Shown one piece after another: positions 39,366 through 49,831 of a DNA stretch of 64,000 nt. The stretch is from Candidatus Dojkabacteria bacterium. Its GTDB lineage: Bacteria; Patescibacteriota; Dojkabacteria; SC72. The translations under genes were made by a program, and so were the position numbers. The DNA lies in the NCBI GenBank assembly GCA_050950145.1, contig JBMNHB010000001.1, positions 556,820-620,819 on the forward strand. Reading direction: 5' to 3'. Under the pieces are notes generated by a model, which saw only the letters and a program-made list of their open reading frames with translations, did no database searches and was not told where the DNA came from. Positions within the stretch are counted from its first letter, which is position 1, and each line of letters starts with the position of its first letter.

Positions 39366-40292
39366 CTAACCCCATATATTCTTCACAACACTCTCTAATG
39401 TAGGCTCTTCAATATCAATATCTTCTACATCAAACTTATCTATCAAAACCTTAGTAACTTCCTTTATCTTCCCTCTATCTACCAACATTAATCCTGTTGT
39501 TCCATTAAACTCAAGTACCTTACCCAACCCTGAAATTTCTTTCTCCTGATGTACTTCAGGTAATACAAAATGAACAAATTTCTCCTTCACAAATTTCTCT
39601 GTTAATTCAGACAATCTACCATCATACAAAATTTTACCCTTATCAATCATTATTACCCTCTTACAAAGGTTTTTAATATCCTCCATATTATGACTAGTAA
39701 GTATTACTGTTGCCTTCTTTCTCTTGTGATACTCCTCTAAAAAGTCTCTTAATCTCTGTTGAGAAACTACATCTAAACCTAATGTTGGTTCATCTAAAAA
39801 GAGTAATTCAGGACTATGAAGAAGTGATGCAATTAACTCACATTTCATTCTTTCACCTAGTGAAAGTTTTCTAACTGGTATTTGTATTAACTCCTCTACA
39901 CCTAATATTTTAACCATTTCATTGAGATTCTCTTCAAACTCCTTATCCTCTATCTGATATATCTCTTTGTTTAACAAAAATGTATCAATTGCAGGTAATT
40001 CCCACCATAACTGACTCTTGTTACCCATTACAAGTGAGATCCTCTCTAAGAAATCATAGTCTCTTTTTTGAGGAATATATCCCAATACTTCAACCTCCCC
40101 ACTATCCTGAACAAGTAAACCTGTTAAACACTTTAGTGTGGTTGTCTTACCTGCACCATTTTGACCAATGAAGCCTACAAATTCTTCTTTGTATATATCA
40201 AAAGAGATATCATTTACAGCCTTTATCTCTTTCTTACCAACCTGAAATGTTTTACTTAGGTTTTTTACTTGTATAGCTAGTTTTCGTTTCAT
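39366..40292 (-). CDS. ABC transporter ATP-binding protein
   Basis: Walker A GQNGAGKTT. Signature LSLGERMK. Walker B LLFLDEPT. No permease gene adjacent. Confidence 0.8.
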   Translation of the reverse strand: MKRKLAIQVKNLSKTFQVGKKEIKAVNDISFDIYKEEFVGFIGQNGAGKTTTLKCLTGLLVQDSGEVEVLGYIPQKRDYDFLERISLVMGNKSQLWWELPAIDTFLLNKEIYQIEDKEFEENLNEMVKILGVEELIQIPVRKLSLGERMKCELIASLLHSPELLFLDEPTLGLDVVSQQRLRDFLEEYHKRKKATVILTSHNMEDIKNLCKRVIMIDKGKILYDGRLSELTEKFVKEKFVHFVLPEVHQEKEISGLGKVLEFNGTTGLMLVDRGKIKEVTKVLIDKFDVEDIDIEEPTLESVVKNIWG

Positions 40293-41179
40293 TTCAATAT
40301 ACTTTGTGTTGTCTTAAAACTCACCTTTGCTACTTTACTTAACTCATCCATACCATGCTTTGCTAAAAATTCTTTAGCAGAGGGAATAACATTTGATGCA
40401 CCCTTAGGAAAAGAGAAATAGTAACTATCACTCATCTTCTGCATCTCTTCTAAAAATATTGCTCTTGCAAAAACAGATGCACAAGCAACTGCAATATCAG
40501 ACTCACCTTTGTGATACTGTTCAAACTCCACACTTTTACCCAAAGTACCTAATTCGTCCCTCACCCTATTCTGCTTACTTGAAAACTGATCAATTACAAC
40601 TTTCTTACACTCAATATTTTTCTCTTTTAAATCTTCTAATGCCATCTCAATTACTTTAGAATGTTGCTTTGCAAGAAGTATTGCCACATTACCTGTATCC
40701 TTTATCAATCTGTTGTATTCCTCAGGAGAAACAATTGATGGATAGTAGTAAGGATAATCCTTCATCTGCTCATATATCTTCATTATCTTCCCATCAGAAA
40801 ACTTCTTAGAATCCCCTACTCCAATATCTATAAATTTCTTAACAGATTCCTCATTAACAAAACAAGCAACAACTACAAGTGGACCAAAGTAATCACCCTT
40901 CCCTACCTCATCAACACCGATATGAGGCTTCACAGCAACTTCTTTTGTTTCAAGACCTTGCTTCACCTTAGCAACTATCTCATCAAAATCTTCTTTACCT
41001 TGAAAAACTAACTTCCTACTTGTATAGAGAATTGCAACTGACCCATTATCATTCTCCATCCTAAATACCACATACTCATTCTCCATCGGTTCTTTTGTCC
41101 AACCAGCATCTCTAAAGGTTTTCTCCAAACCTAGACATTCATCTAGACTTAATTGTACTGAAACTGTATTTTGCATCAT
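40289..41179 (-). CDS. rnhC: ribonuclease HIII (RNase HII-family with an N-terminal extension)
   Basis: IGVDEVGKGDYFGPLVV catalytic block preceded by a ~80-aa N-terminal domain. Confidence 0.65.
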   Translation of the reverse strand: MMQNTVSVQLSLDECLGLEKTFRDAGWTKEPMENEYVVFRMENDNGSVAILYTSRKLVFQGKEDFDEIVAKVKQGLETKEVAVKPHIGVDEVGKGDYFGPLVVVACFVNEESVKKFIDIGVGDSKKFSDGKIMKIYEQMKDYPYYYPSIVSPEEYNRLIKDTGNVAILLAKQHSKVIEMALEDLKEKNIECKKVVIDQFSSKQNRVRDELGTLGKSVEFEQYHKGESDIAVACASVFARAIFLEEMQKMSDSYYFSFPKGASNVIPSAKEFLAKHGMDELSKVAKVSFKTTQSILK

Positions 41180-42627
41180 ATTTTACTCACAATTTGACCA
41201 TCAGGAGTATCTGAAACAACATATCCCATCTCCTTTATCTCATCTCTTACCTTATCTGCCAATTCATAGTCCTTTTCCTGTTTTGCTTTCAATCTTTTCT
41301 CCAAAAGCTCATCTAATTTCGCACTATCACCTTCGGAATATCCTTCCTCCTTTTTAATATCATCCAAACCTAATCCTAAGACTTTATCAAAATCTAATAC
41401 CGTTGCTAATATATCCTCCTGTTTGTTATCAGATTTAATCATCTCATTTACCAAAGCTAACACTCCAGATATGTTTAGATTATTTCTTAACTCCTTTTTA
41501 AAAGCTTCTACATATTCAGGAAGAACCTTTCCTTTCTTTGTACCCAACTCTACAACCTTTTTCTCTAATGCCAGTCTTGAATTTCTAGCACCATCTAATG
41601 CTTCAAGAGAAAAATTCATCTTTACTCTGTAACCAACCGAGATGAAAAGATATCTAACATCCATTGGGTCATATCCTAATTCTAAAACTTCAGGTAATGT
41701 GTCTGCTCCCTTGCTCTTTGAAAGCTTTTCATTATCTTTGTTTACCAACCATTCATTATGTACCCAATATTTCACAACTGGATGTCCAAAAGCACCTATA
41801 TTCTGTGCTCTTTCATTTGCATGATGTACTGGAATATGATCAATACCTCCTGTATGAATATCAAAGTTCTCTCCTAAGATTGCTGTACCCATTGCAGAAC
41901 ATTCAATATGCCAACCTGGGAATCCATCGCCCCATGGAGATGACCAATTCATCAAATGATCTTCATACTTTCCAACTTTTTTCATCCAAAGAACAAAGTC
42001 AGCGGGATTTCTCTTGTCAGGATCAACTCCTACCTCTTCCCTTACACCAACATCCTTCTCTTCCAACTTCTGACCTGTGAAGATTGTATAGTCAGGAACC
42101 TTTGTTACATCAAAGTATATCGCTTGGTCTGTCTCATATGTATATCCCCTCTCCTCCATTCTCTTAATTATCTCAATCATTTCTTGAATATATTCAGTTG
42201 CTCTTGTCCACCCATACTCTGAAACATTCTCATGATTCAAATCTTCAGGAATCTCCTCTCCATTCGGAGCAAGAATATGTAGTGCTCTGTAATCATCAAG
42301 GACGGAATTTATATATTTGTTTGCAATATCAATAGGTTCTACACCCTCCTTCTCTGCCTGTCTATCCATCTTGTCCTCACCAAAGTCATCACCAAAATCA
42401 TCTTGTGATGTCATATGTCCAACATCAGTGATATTCATCACCCTATTCACCTTGTATCCTAAATACAACAATGCTCTGTGAAGAATATCCCAGTTTACAT
42501 ATGCCCTAATATTTCCCAGATGCATACGGTAGTAAACAGTAGGTCCACAGTTATACATAGATATCACACCCTCCTCATTCGGCTCTATTTCAACAATCTT
42601 TTTGTCTAATGTAGAGTAAAGTTTCAT
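41176..42627 (-). CDS. cysS: cysteinyl-tRNA synthetase
   Basis: MYNCGPTVYYRMHLGN (HIGH region). KLSKSKG (KMSKS). Confidence 0.9.
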   Translation of the reverse strand: MKLYSTLDKKIVEIEPNEEGVISMYNCGPTVYYRMHLGNIRAYVNWDILHRALLYLGYKVNRVMNITDVGHMTSQDDFGDDFGEDKMDRQAEKEGVEPIDIANKYINSVLDDYRALHILAPNGEEIPEDLNHENVSEYGWTRATEYIQEMIEIIKRMEERGYTYETDQAIYFDVTKVPDYTIFTGQKLEEKDVGVREEVGVDPDKRNPADFVLWMKKVGKYEDHLMNWSSPWGDGFPGWHIECSAMGTAILGENFDIHTGGIDHIPVHHANERAQNIGAFGHPVVKYWVHNEWLVNKDNEKLSKSKGADTLPEVLELGYDPMDVRYLFISVGYRVKMNFSLEALDGARNSRLALEKKVVELGTKKGKVLPEYVEAFKKELRNNLNISGVLALVNEMIKSDNKQEDILATVLDFDKVLGLGLDDIKKEEGYSEGDSAKLDELLEKRLKAKQEKDYELADKVRDEIKEMGYVVSDTPDGQIVSKI

Positions 42628-43250
42628 TAAAAATCCCTCCTTCCCTCCAATGCTTTCTTTAAAGTTAATCTGTCAGCATATTCAAGGTCAGCACCTGTAG
42701 GTAACCCCATTGCTAACCTTGTTATCTTTAGTTTACCTTCTTTTAGTTGAGTTTTAAACAGGTCATATATATAACTAGCTGTAGCCTCACCTTCCAAACT
42801 AGGATTTGTTGCAATGATAATTTCTAAACTGTCCACCTCTTCTAATAATTCAACAACCCTCGCTTTCAATTCTTTGAATCTTAATTCCTCCGATGTAATA
42901 CCATCTGCTGGAGAGATTACACCACCAAGTACAAAATATATTCCGTCATATACTCCTGAATTCTCAAAAGCCACAACATCCAATGGTTCTTCAACCACAC
43001 ATATCCTATCTTTTTTTCTTAATGGACTAGAACAGATATTACATTCTTCCTGATCGGAAACATTAAAACACTTCTTACAGTTAACAACACTCTCATCCAT
43101 CTCCACAAGAGCATTAGCCAGTTTAGTGGCATCTTTGTTAGGAGACCTTAGATAGTGATATGCCATCCTTGATGCAGACTTAGGTCCCACACCAGGTAAT
43201 CTACCAAACTCCTCTATTACTTTTTCAACACTTTTGGGTAATACTGTCAT
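42627..43250 (-). CDS. recR: recombination protein RecR
   Basis: HhH N-terminus. C4 zinc finger (CKKCFN...CNIC). Toprim domain. Confidence 0.85.
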   Translation of the reverse strand: MTVLPKSVEKVIEEFGRLPGVGPKSASRMAYHYLRSPNKDATKLANALVEMDESVVNCKKCFNVSDQEECNICSSPLRKKDRICVVEEPLDVVAFENSGVYDGIYFVLGGVISPADGITSEELRFKELKARVVELLEEVDSLEIIIATNPSLEGEATASYIYDLFKTQLKEGKLKITRLAMGLPTGADLEYADRLTLKKALEGRRDF

Positions 43251-43253
43251 ATT

Positions 43254-43553
43254 CTATTTTCCAAACATACTTTTTATCTGATCTAAATCCATGTCTTGAA
43301 CCATCTCTTTCTGTAGTTTCTTCTGATAGTCTTTGAATGCCTCCTTAAAACCTTTTTTAATCTGATCCATCATATCTGGGTCTAGATAATCTTCATCAAT
43401 ATATACATCCTCAAATTCCTGTGCCCCGTTCATGTATATTCTAACCATACCATTCTTAGACTCACCTTTTATCTTCTTCTCTCTTAATCTGCTCTGCATT
43501 TTTTTAGCTTCATTCTGCATCTTTATTAGTTCCATTGGATTTGGTAACCCCAT
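43254..43553 (-). CDS. ybaB: YbaB/EbfC nucleoid-associated protein
   Basis: ~100 aa. Conserved position between dnaX and recR. Confidence 0.75.
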   Translation of the reverse strand: MGLPNPMELIKMQNEAKKMQSRLREKKIKGESKNGMVRIYMNGAQEFEDVYIDEDYLDPDMMDQIKKGFKEAFKDYQKKLQKEMVQDMDLDQIKSMFGK

Positions 43554-43617
43554 ATATTTAAAAACAAAAAATTTATATATCCATTGGTATTATACATGAA
43601 AAAAGGGGAGAATATTA

Positions 43618-43826
43618 GGTCTGGCCTAGGCCTGCCCCCAGTTAAGAAAGTTTTAATCTTAAGGATTATGCCCTCCCCAAAAGGTCTCCTGACCCTCGGC
43701 ACTGGTAGAATGTACGAGTTACAAGTACAGACACAGGAACAGCCACCCCAAAAAAGGTTTGTCAGAAATAAAGATTTTGGACTTTTAAAAAGTTATGAAC
43801 GAAGGTCAGACCTAGGTCAGGCCTGT
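43618..43826. other. GC-enriched intergenic island bounded by CCTAGG-centred palindromes; candidate structured ncRNA or miniature repeat element
   Basis: The 5' end is GGTCTGGCCTAGGCCTG and the 3' end is GGTCAGACCTAGGTCAGGCCTG. Composition is clearly GC-richer than the flanks. The 81-aa ORF across it is implausible as a protein. Confidence 0.3.
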
Positions 43827-43834
43827 TAAACCCA

Positions 43835-45403
43835 CTACACCCCCTCAAATATTGCTTCTATAGCTTTCATCTTACTACTATCCTCCTTAGGTTTGTACTC
43901 TTTCTTTGGTTTCTCAGAAGGTTTAGGTGTTGGTAAATTCCTTAAAACAGTATCAGCATCAGACTTCTCAACAGGCCTCATATCAGGATTAATATCACAA
44001 TCTATAACACATGGTACACCGTAAACTTTCATGAACACCTCTGCGATTACATTCCTACTCTTTGGAATCTCTATCCTTTCTTTGTGAAATGAAAACGGTA
44101 CTTCAATATGTAAAATTCCCTGTTCAAAGGAGATGACATGGGCAGTACCTACAAAAGCATAAAGATGATGGTTATGGGGTCTAATCTCATCTATAAATTG
44201 ATCCCATTTACTCTTTATCTCTTCTAGTGTCACCTCTTTATCCTCAACTGGTTGTTTTAATGGAGTTTCTTTTTTCTCTTCTTCCTGTACGGGTATTTTC
44301 TTCTTCACATCCCTATTCACCATCTTTATCTCCGTACTCACATTTGGTTTCATCATTTCTGGAATAATCATCTCTAATACTAATAGTTGGTTATTCGCGT
44401 ATCTAAGTTTGTTTTCTGCATCCAAGAACAAATTAATTAACTTATGCAATTCTTTAATATCAACATCTTTCATGAATGGAAAATCTTTCTCTACAGTCCC
44501 CTTTATCTTTGCAGTTAAAACTCTTCTAAGAGTATCTAAAACATATGCAGTAAATTGCTGAAGATTAACACCTCCCTGCTCCAATCCTTCAAGTGTTTCT
44601 AATGCCTTACCTCCATCTCCATCCAAAAGACTAGTTAGAAGAAGTATTACTTTCTCAGAATCTGGTAATCCTAATGTCTTTCTTACCTCATCTAATGTGA
44701 TTTCAGACTTATCATGTTCCTGACCACTATAGACAACATCCATTAAAGAAAGAGCATCTCTGTAACTACCTTTTGCATTCTGCACAACAACATCTAACGC
44801 TTCATCCTGGATAGTAATCTTTTCTTCTTTACATATACCCTTAATTAAATCTCTGATTTCATCATCTGTACCAAGTCTAAAGTCATATCTCTGACATCTT
44901 GAAAGAATTGTAGGAGGTAATTTATGTACATCAGTTGTAGCTAAGATAAAAATTACATGTGCTGGAGGCTCTTCAAGAGTCTTTAGAAGTGCATTGAACG
45001 CCTCTGTGGTTAACATATGCACTTCATCAATGATATATACTTTGTATCTACCCTCAGTTGGTGAAAATTCTATCTTCTCTTTCAGTTCTCTAATCTGATC
45101 AATACCTCTATTTGATGCTGCATCAATTTCAATTAAATCTAAGAATGTACCATTGGCTATTGATTTACAGTTATCACACTCCAAACATGGATTCCCATCC
45201 TTCTTAGGTTCTAAACAGTTTATTGCTTTTGCCAATATTCTTGCTGTTGATGTCTTCCCTGTACCTCTTGAACCAACAAAGAGATATGCATGAGCTAACT
45301 GATTCTTCTTAACAGCATTTTTAAGCAGTTTAGTAACATTATCCTGACCTTTTAACTGATCAAAATCCTGTGATCTATATTTTTGATAGAGTACAGTAGA
45401 CAT
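43835..45403 (-). CDS. dnaX: DNA polymerase III subunit gamma/tau
   Basis: Walker A GSRGTGKTSTARILAKAINC. Confidence 0.9.
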   Translation of the reverse strand: MSTVLYQKYRSQDFDQLKGQDNVTKLLKNAVKKNQLAHAYLFVGSRGTGKTSTARILAKAINCLEPKKDGNPCLECDNCKSIANGTFLDLIEIDAASNRGIDQIRELKEKIEFSPTEGRYKVYIIDEVHMLTTEAFNALLKTLEEPPAHVIFILATTDVHKLPPTILSRCQRYDFRLGTDDEIRDLIKGICKEEKITIQDEALDVVVQNAKGSYRDALSLMDVVYSGQEHDKSEITLDEVRKTLGLPDSEKVILLLTSLLDGDGGKALETLEGLEQGGVNLQQFTAYVLDTLRRVLTAKIKGTVEKDFPFMKDVDIKELHKLINLFLDAENKLRYANNQLLVLEMIIPEMMKPNVSTEIKMVNRDVKKKIPVQEEEKKETPLKQPVEDKEVTLEEIKSKWDQFIDEIRPHNHHLYAFVGTAHVISFEQGILHIEVPFSFHKERIEIPKSRNVIAEVFMKVYGVPCVIDCDINPDMRPVEKSDADTVLRNLPTPKPSEKPKKEYKPKEDSSKMKAIEAIFEGV

Positions 45404-45498
45404 ATATCAGATATTAATCTAAAAATTCACCTTTGCCAAGTGAAAATTAATTACCCACCCTTAATTAACTAAGGATTTTTCTTGTACATTATTGACGA

Positions 45499-47337
45499 TT
45501 ACCTTTTTACTACCCTCTTTTCAAAACCTTCTCTTCTTTTTTGTACTAATTTACCATTAACTAAAGAATATGTATCACTTAACCATGTCCAACCTAAACC
45601 TACAAATAATATGATAGCTCCCATTGTTACAATATTTTCAGATTCATCAAAAAGACCTGTTTTAGGTTGTTCTGGTATATCTGAAGGAATAGTTGGAGAT
45701 GGGGTTGGTGTCGGAGATGGAGTTGGAGTCAGAGTTTGATTACAGAGACATTCTGTAAGAGCATCTGTTTCAATTGTTGAACCATCTGGCTTAGTTGCAA
45801 TTACAGTATTTTTATATGTACCAAAATTTTCTTTAGCTACAGTTATTTTGTAGGTAAATAGTTTCTCCTCATTTTTCTTAAGCACAAGAGGTGGATTAAA
45901 TACCCAAGTAATCTTACCATTTGCATATACTCCACCATCTGATATCTCTGTTGGATTAGAAACTGTTTTGTTGTTATCTAGAGTGTCAACTATCTTAGCA
46001 ACTGCACCATCTCCCTCTCCATTATTTGATAATTTTATAGTATATGAGAGGACAGCATATGGGTTGTCAGTATCTTCATTGAAACACTGAGATGATCCTA
46101 CTTTTGTTAATACTAAATCAGCTGGCGAAGCAATATCACAAGTACACATTACTGTCGCATCAGCTTCCATTGTAGTATCATCTCCCTTTGTTACAACAAC
46201 TTGATTATCGTAAGTACCAAAGTTCTCTTTAGAAACATTAATCTTATATGTAAACTTCTTCTCGCCATTAGCTGCTATCTTTAATGGAGTAGAAAATGTC
46301 CAGGTTATCTTACCATTTGCATATACTCCACCATCTGATATCTCAACAGGAGATGACACTACTTTACTATCTAATGTGTCAACAATACTCTTTATCTCTC
46401 CATCACCATCACCTGTATTTTTTACTGTAATTGTATATATAAGTATTCCTCTAGGATCTACTGCATTATTATCAGAGTAACGACATAAGGATTCTCCAGA
46501 TTTTGCAACACTTAAATCTGCTGATTTTGGAGGTGCTGGAGGTTCCTCAACATCAACAGCAATAATTAAGAAGTAATCATTAAAATCGTAGTCTCCTACC
46601 CACTCCATCCAATCTGCCCAACATTGTTGACTAATTATCTTATGTCCTGTATCTTTCACCCAATTAATATCTGCCAAAACAGATGGCTTCCCAAATCTAC
46701 AACATTGCTGTTGCTGAGGTGGTCCCCAAAAACCTGACCCACATGTATTATCGCTGTTAGGATTAATCCACCCTAAGGATGAGTATTGATCTATATTACT
46801 TCCGCAACCCGGTGCAAAGCTTCCAGACCCATTTGTAACATCAGAATCTATTGTAATAACATCTCCTCCTTTCACCTCAATATTCGTTTCTTTGACCTGT
46901 CTCCTATTCCCATCTAAACTATTCATCACAAAAGACTGCCCATTTATCTTGAACCGCGCATACATCGACCCTTCCAAGCTTTTATAATACAGAACTAATT
47001 TCCCTGTCGTATCAGCAGGAATTGTTATCTTAGAAGGAATAGAATAGCCTGAAAGCATATCACCTCTTGCAGATCCAAGAATCACCCCATTTTGATAGTA
47101 AGGTCTACCTGCATTTTTCCATGCAATTAAATCATTTATGGGTTTTTCACCACAACCACCAGCACAACTTCTACACTCAGATGTTTTGTCACTAGCCTCA
47201 CTACTAGTAGGAGAAATCGCACTCTGTTGATTAACTCTCCATAATAGATAACCGCCTGTTCCTACTACTACTAGAAACAATATTGATAATAATATGATAG
47301 CTGTTTTCCTACTCCCACTAAATCTCATACTAGCCAT
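45499..47337 (-). CDS. cell-surface protein, paralogue 1: N-terminal signal anchor, two DUF11-type repeats, PT-linker, C-terminal PKTG sorting signal
   Basis: N-terminus ...GTGGYLLWRVNQQ. Two ~110-aa repeats (TITVKNTGDGDG...ISDGGVYANGKITW). ...TPTPSPTIPSDIPEQPKTG, then a hydrophobic segment, then KRREGFEKRVVKR. Confidence 0.6.
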   Translation of the reverse strand: MASMRFSGSRKTAIILLSILFLVVVGTGGYLLWRVNQQSAISPTSSEASDKTSECRSCAGGCGEKPINDLIAWKNAGRPYYQNGVILGSARGDMLSGYSIPSKITIPADTTGKLVLYYKSLEGSMYARFKINGQSFVMNSLDGNRRQVKETNIEVKGGDVITIDSDVTNGSGSFAPGCGSNIDQYSSLGWINPNSDNTCGSGFWGPPQQQQCCRFGKPSVLADINWVKDTGHKIISQQCWADWMEWVGDYDFNDYFLIIAVDVEEPPAPPKSADLSVAKSGESLCRYSDNNAVDPRGILIYTITVKNTGDGDGEIKSIVDTLDSKVVSSPVEISDGGVYANGKITWTFSTPLKIAANGEKKFTYKINVSKENFGTYDNQVVVTKGDDTTMEADATVMCTCDIASPADLVLTKVGSSQCFNEDTDNPYAVLSYTIKLSNNGEGDGAVAKIVDTLDNNKTVSNPTEISDGGVYANGKITWVFNPPLVLKKNEEKLFTYKITVAKENFGTYKNTVIATKPDGSTIETDALTECLCNQTLTPTPSPTPTPSPTIPSDIPEQPKTGLFDESENIVTMGAIILFVGLGWTWLSDTYSLVNGKLVQKRREGFEKRVVKR

Positions 47338-47421
47338 AATATATATGGTTTAAATAATTTCTCTTTACATATAGTACACAAACTAACAACCTATTACAAG
47401 TAGAAAGTTATATAAAAAGTA

Positions 47422-49821
47422 TTACTGAATTAACTTACTCACTGCCTCTGCCAACATTTGTGAATAAAGACCATAACCAACAGAATTAATAGCTCCAGAT
47501 TGATTTTTTCCAAGTATATCTCCAGCTCCCCTAATTTCTAAATCTCTGTTTGAAAGAAGAAAACCTGATCCTAATTCCTGCGAATTTTTTAAAGCTTCTA
47601 ATCTAAGAGCTGAATTTCCTCTAAGAGAATTATAAAAGAAGTAAGCATACGCTTGTTTCTCAGACCTACCAATTCTTCCACGAATCTGATACATCTGTGC
47701 AAGACCTAACATAGTAGCATCATCTACTATCAAAGTATTAACATTTGGAATATCTAGTCCATTCTCAATTATCGTAGTACAAACTAAAATCTTGGACTCC
47801 CCTTCTACAAACTTCTGCATATTTTTAGATAAAGTTTGAACATTCATCTGACCATGAACCACAGTCACATTCGCTTGTGGGAACATCTTGTCCAATTTCT
47901 CAAACACATTATCTATTGTTTCTACTCGGTTATGTAAAAAGTAAACCTGCCCTTTTCTACTAAGTTCTTTTGTAATGACATCTTTAACAACATCCCAATC
48001 AAACTTACCAAAGTGATTCTCTATCTCAATTCTTCCTGCAGGAGGTGTAGCTAACACAGAGATATCCCTAATTCCAAGTAATGCCATATTCAAGGTTCTA
48101 GGAATTGGTGTTGCTGTAAGAGAGAGTACATTAGTATTCAATTTCTTCCCCTTTATCTTCTCCTTCTGCTTTACCCCAAACTTCTGTTCCTCATCTACTA
48201 CAAGTAAACCTAAGTTTTTAAACTGTACACTGTCACTTAACAAAGCATGTGTACCAACAACAATATCTACAACTCCACTCTTTAATTCTTCAATTACCTT
48301 TTGTTTCTCCTTCTCTCCTACAATCCTAGAAAGTGCTTTGATAGTAAAAGGTGTATTCCTAAACCTATCTTTCAATACTGCATAGTGTTGTTCAACAAGA
48401 ATTGTTGTTGGAGCAAGAAGTGCCACTTGAAAACCTGAATTTGCCACTGCATACATTGCTCTTGTAGCAATCTCTGTCTTACCATACCCTACATCACCTA
48501 CAAGTAATCTATCCATAGGCTTACCTTTCTGAAAATCCTCTACTAAATGCTTTGTGGCAAGTAACTGATCATCAGTATCTTTGAATTGAAAGCTATCTAC
48601 AAAATGCTCAAATTCATCTATCTCTGCCTCATCTGTAAGAAAAGGATTAATATCAACTGTCTCTCTAAGTGCATACAATTGAAGTAACTCCTTTGCAATA
48701 TCCTCAGCTCTCTCCTTAGCTTTCTTAGAAATCCTTCTCCACGTCCCACTATTCAATCCAGTTAGAATTGGTTTAGCTTTCCCAGCACCAATATATTTAG
48801 TTAACTTCTGTGATGCACTAAGAGGCACAAACAACTTATCTTCTCCTGCATACGCTATCTGAATGTAGTAGCCTCCTTCTCTCTGTTGTAGATCCACATA
48901 TTTACCAATACCGTGATCTTCATGCACAACAAAGTCTCCCGGAATGATTTTCTTAAGTATCTCAACAGAACCTGGATCCATATTGATATTCTTTTCCCAA
49001 AATTCAGAGAGATCTAACTCTCCTAACACTTCCATATCTGTTAAAACAAGAAGTTTACCTGCATTAAAAACAAAACCTTTCTTTACAATATTCTTGTATC
49101 TATCATTCAGAAGAAAAACCTCATCTATGGACTCCTTTAGAGACTTCTCTGTCTCAAGTTCATACCTATCTAGATTATTTGTCAGATACAGCACCTCATA
49201 TTCCCTTGTTTTGAAGTTTTTGACTATCTCCTGAGTAACATGAACAGACGAGAACACCTCTATACCCGGAATAGTACGTATTCCAAGGTTTACAACCTCA
49301 CTGGAGGTCAGACCTAGGCCAGGCCTCACAGAAATCCTTACCTGATCCTCTGCCTCTTCATTTCCTACAAGAAGTTGGCTGGTGGAGTCTATGAACGACT
49401 TACTCTGTACACTCTCAATCTTCTTCCTACTAGTACTCTCCACGATATCTATACTCTCCACTTTCTTACCAAACAGACTCAGTCTTACAATATTCTTCAT
49501 ACTAAAAGGCCATACTATGACAATATCTCCCAATACTGCATACTCTCCTTCATCCCATACTCTCTCAACTCTTGTATATCCTAAATCTACAAATGAGGAA
49601 GGATTAAAAGTATCTCCCACTTTAACAGTAAGAAGACTCTTCTCTTTCTCATCTGGTTCTTCTGAGGTAGAGAGCCACACAGTTTTACCCAGAAGTACAC
49701 CCAAAAGCTCTGCTGTAAGCTCAAAGTAACCTTCATCAACATCCGTTACAACCTTTTTGTCTAGAATATCCTGCTTTAACTCTTTAGTATTGGATATTAA
49801 TTTTTCACTTAAGCTATCCAT
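47422..49821 (-). CDS. mfd: transcription-repair coupling factor Mfd, short form lacking the UvrB-homology N-terminal domains and the C-terminal D7 domain
   Basis: CarD/TRCF RNAP-interaction block DFVVHEDHGIGKYV. Helicase motifs LLVGDVGYGKTE and DEEQKFG. Mfd-type post-helicase block LEIRGAGDILGKNQSG. Confidence 0.75.
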   Translation of the reverse strand: MDSLSEKLISNTKELKQDILDKKVVTDVDEGYFELTAELLGVLLGKTVWLSTSEEPDEKEKSLLTVKVGDTFNPSSFVDLGYTRVERVWDEGEYAVLGDIVIVWPFSMKNIVRLSLFGKKVESIDIVESTSRKKIESVQSKSFIDSTSQLLVGNEEAEDQVRISVRPGLGLTSSEVVNLGIRTIPGIEVFSSVHVTQEIVKNFKTREYEVLYLTNNLDRYELETEKSLKESIDEVFLLNDRYKNIVKKGFVFNAGKLLVLTDMEVLGELDLSEFWEKNINMDPGSVEILKKIIPGDFVVHEDHGIGKYVDLQQREGGYYIQIAYAGEDKLFVPLSASQKLTKYIGAGKAKPILTGLNSGTWRRISKKAKERAEDIAKELLQLYALRETVDINPFLTDEAEIDEFEHFVDSFQFKDTDDQLLATKHLVEDFQKGKPMDRLLVGDVGYGKTEIATRAMYAVANSGFQVALLAPTTILVEQHYAVLKDRFRNTPFTIKALSRIVGEKEKQKVIEELKSGVVDIVVGTHALLSDSVQFKNLGLLVVDEEQKFGVKQKEKIKGKKLNTNVLSLTATPIPRTLNMALLGIRDISVLATPPAGRIEIENHFGKFDWDVVKDVITKELSRKGQVYFLHNRVETIDNVFEKLDKMFPQANVTVVHGQMNVQTLSKNMQKFVEGESKILVCTTIIENGLDIPNVNTLIVDDATMLGLAQMYQIRGRIGRSEKQAYAYFFYNSLRGNSALRLEALKNSQELGSGFLLSNRDLEIRGAGDILGKNQSGAINSVGYGLYSQMLAEAVSKLIQ

Positions 49822-49831
49822 ATATTTGAAA

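Noticed and set aside
43584-43829. 81-aa plus-strand ORF spanning the dnaX-ybaB spacer
   Set aside because: It lies entirely within the GC-rich palindrome-bounded island and has no ribosome-binding site. The island is better explained as non-coding (structured RNA or repeat element).
43560-43835. SRP RNA (ffs) hypothesis for the GC-rich island near dnaX
   Set aside because: I could not place the helix-8 GGAA tetraloop or AGCAGCC-type conserved loop convincingly on either strand. The region is kept only as a generic ncRNA or repeat candidate.
45482-45739. Small plus-strand ORFs (45482-45739 and 51543-51755) with similar sequences
   Set aside because: They are reverse-frame shadows of the conserved C-terminal sorting-signal coding regions of the paralogous surface proteins, not genes.
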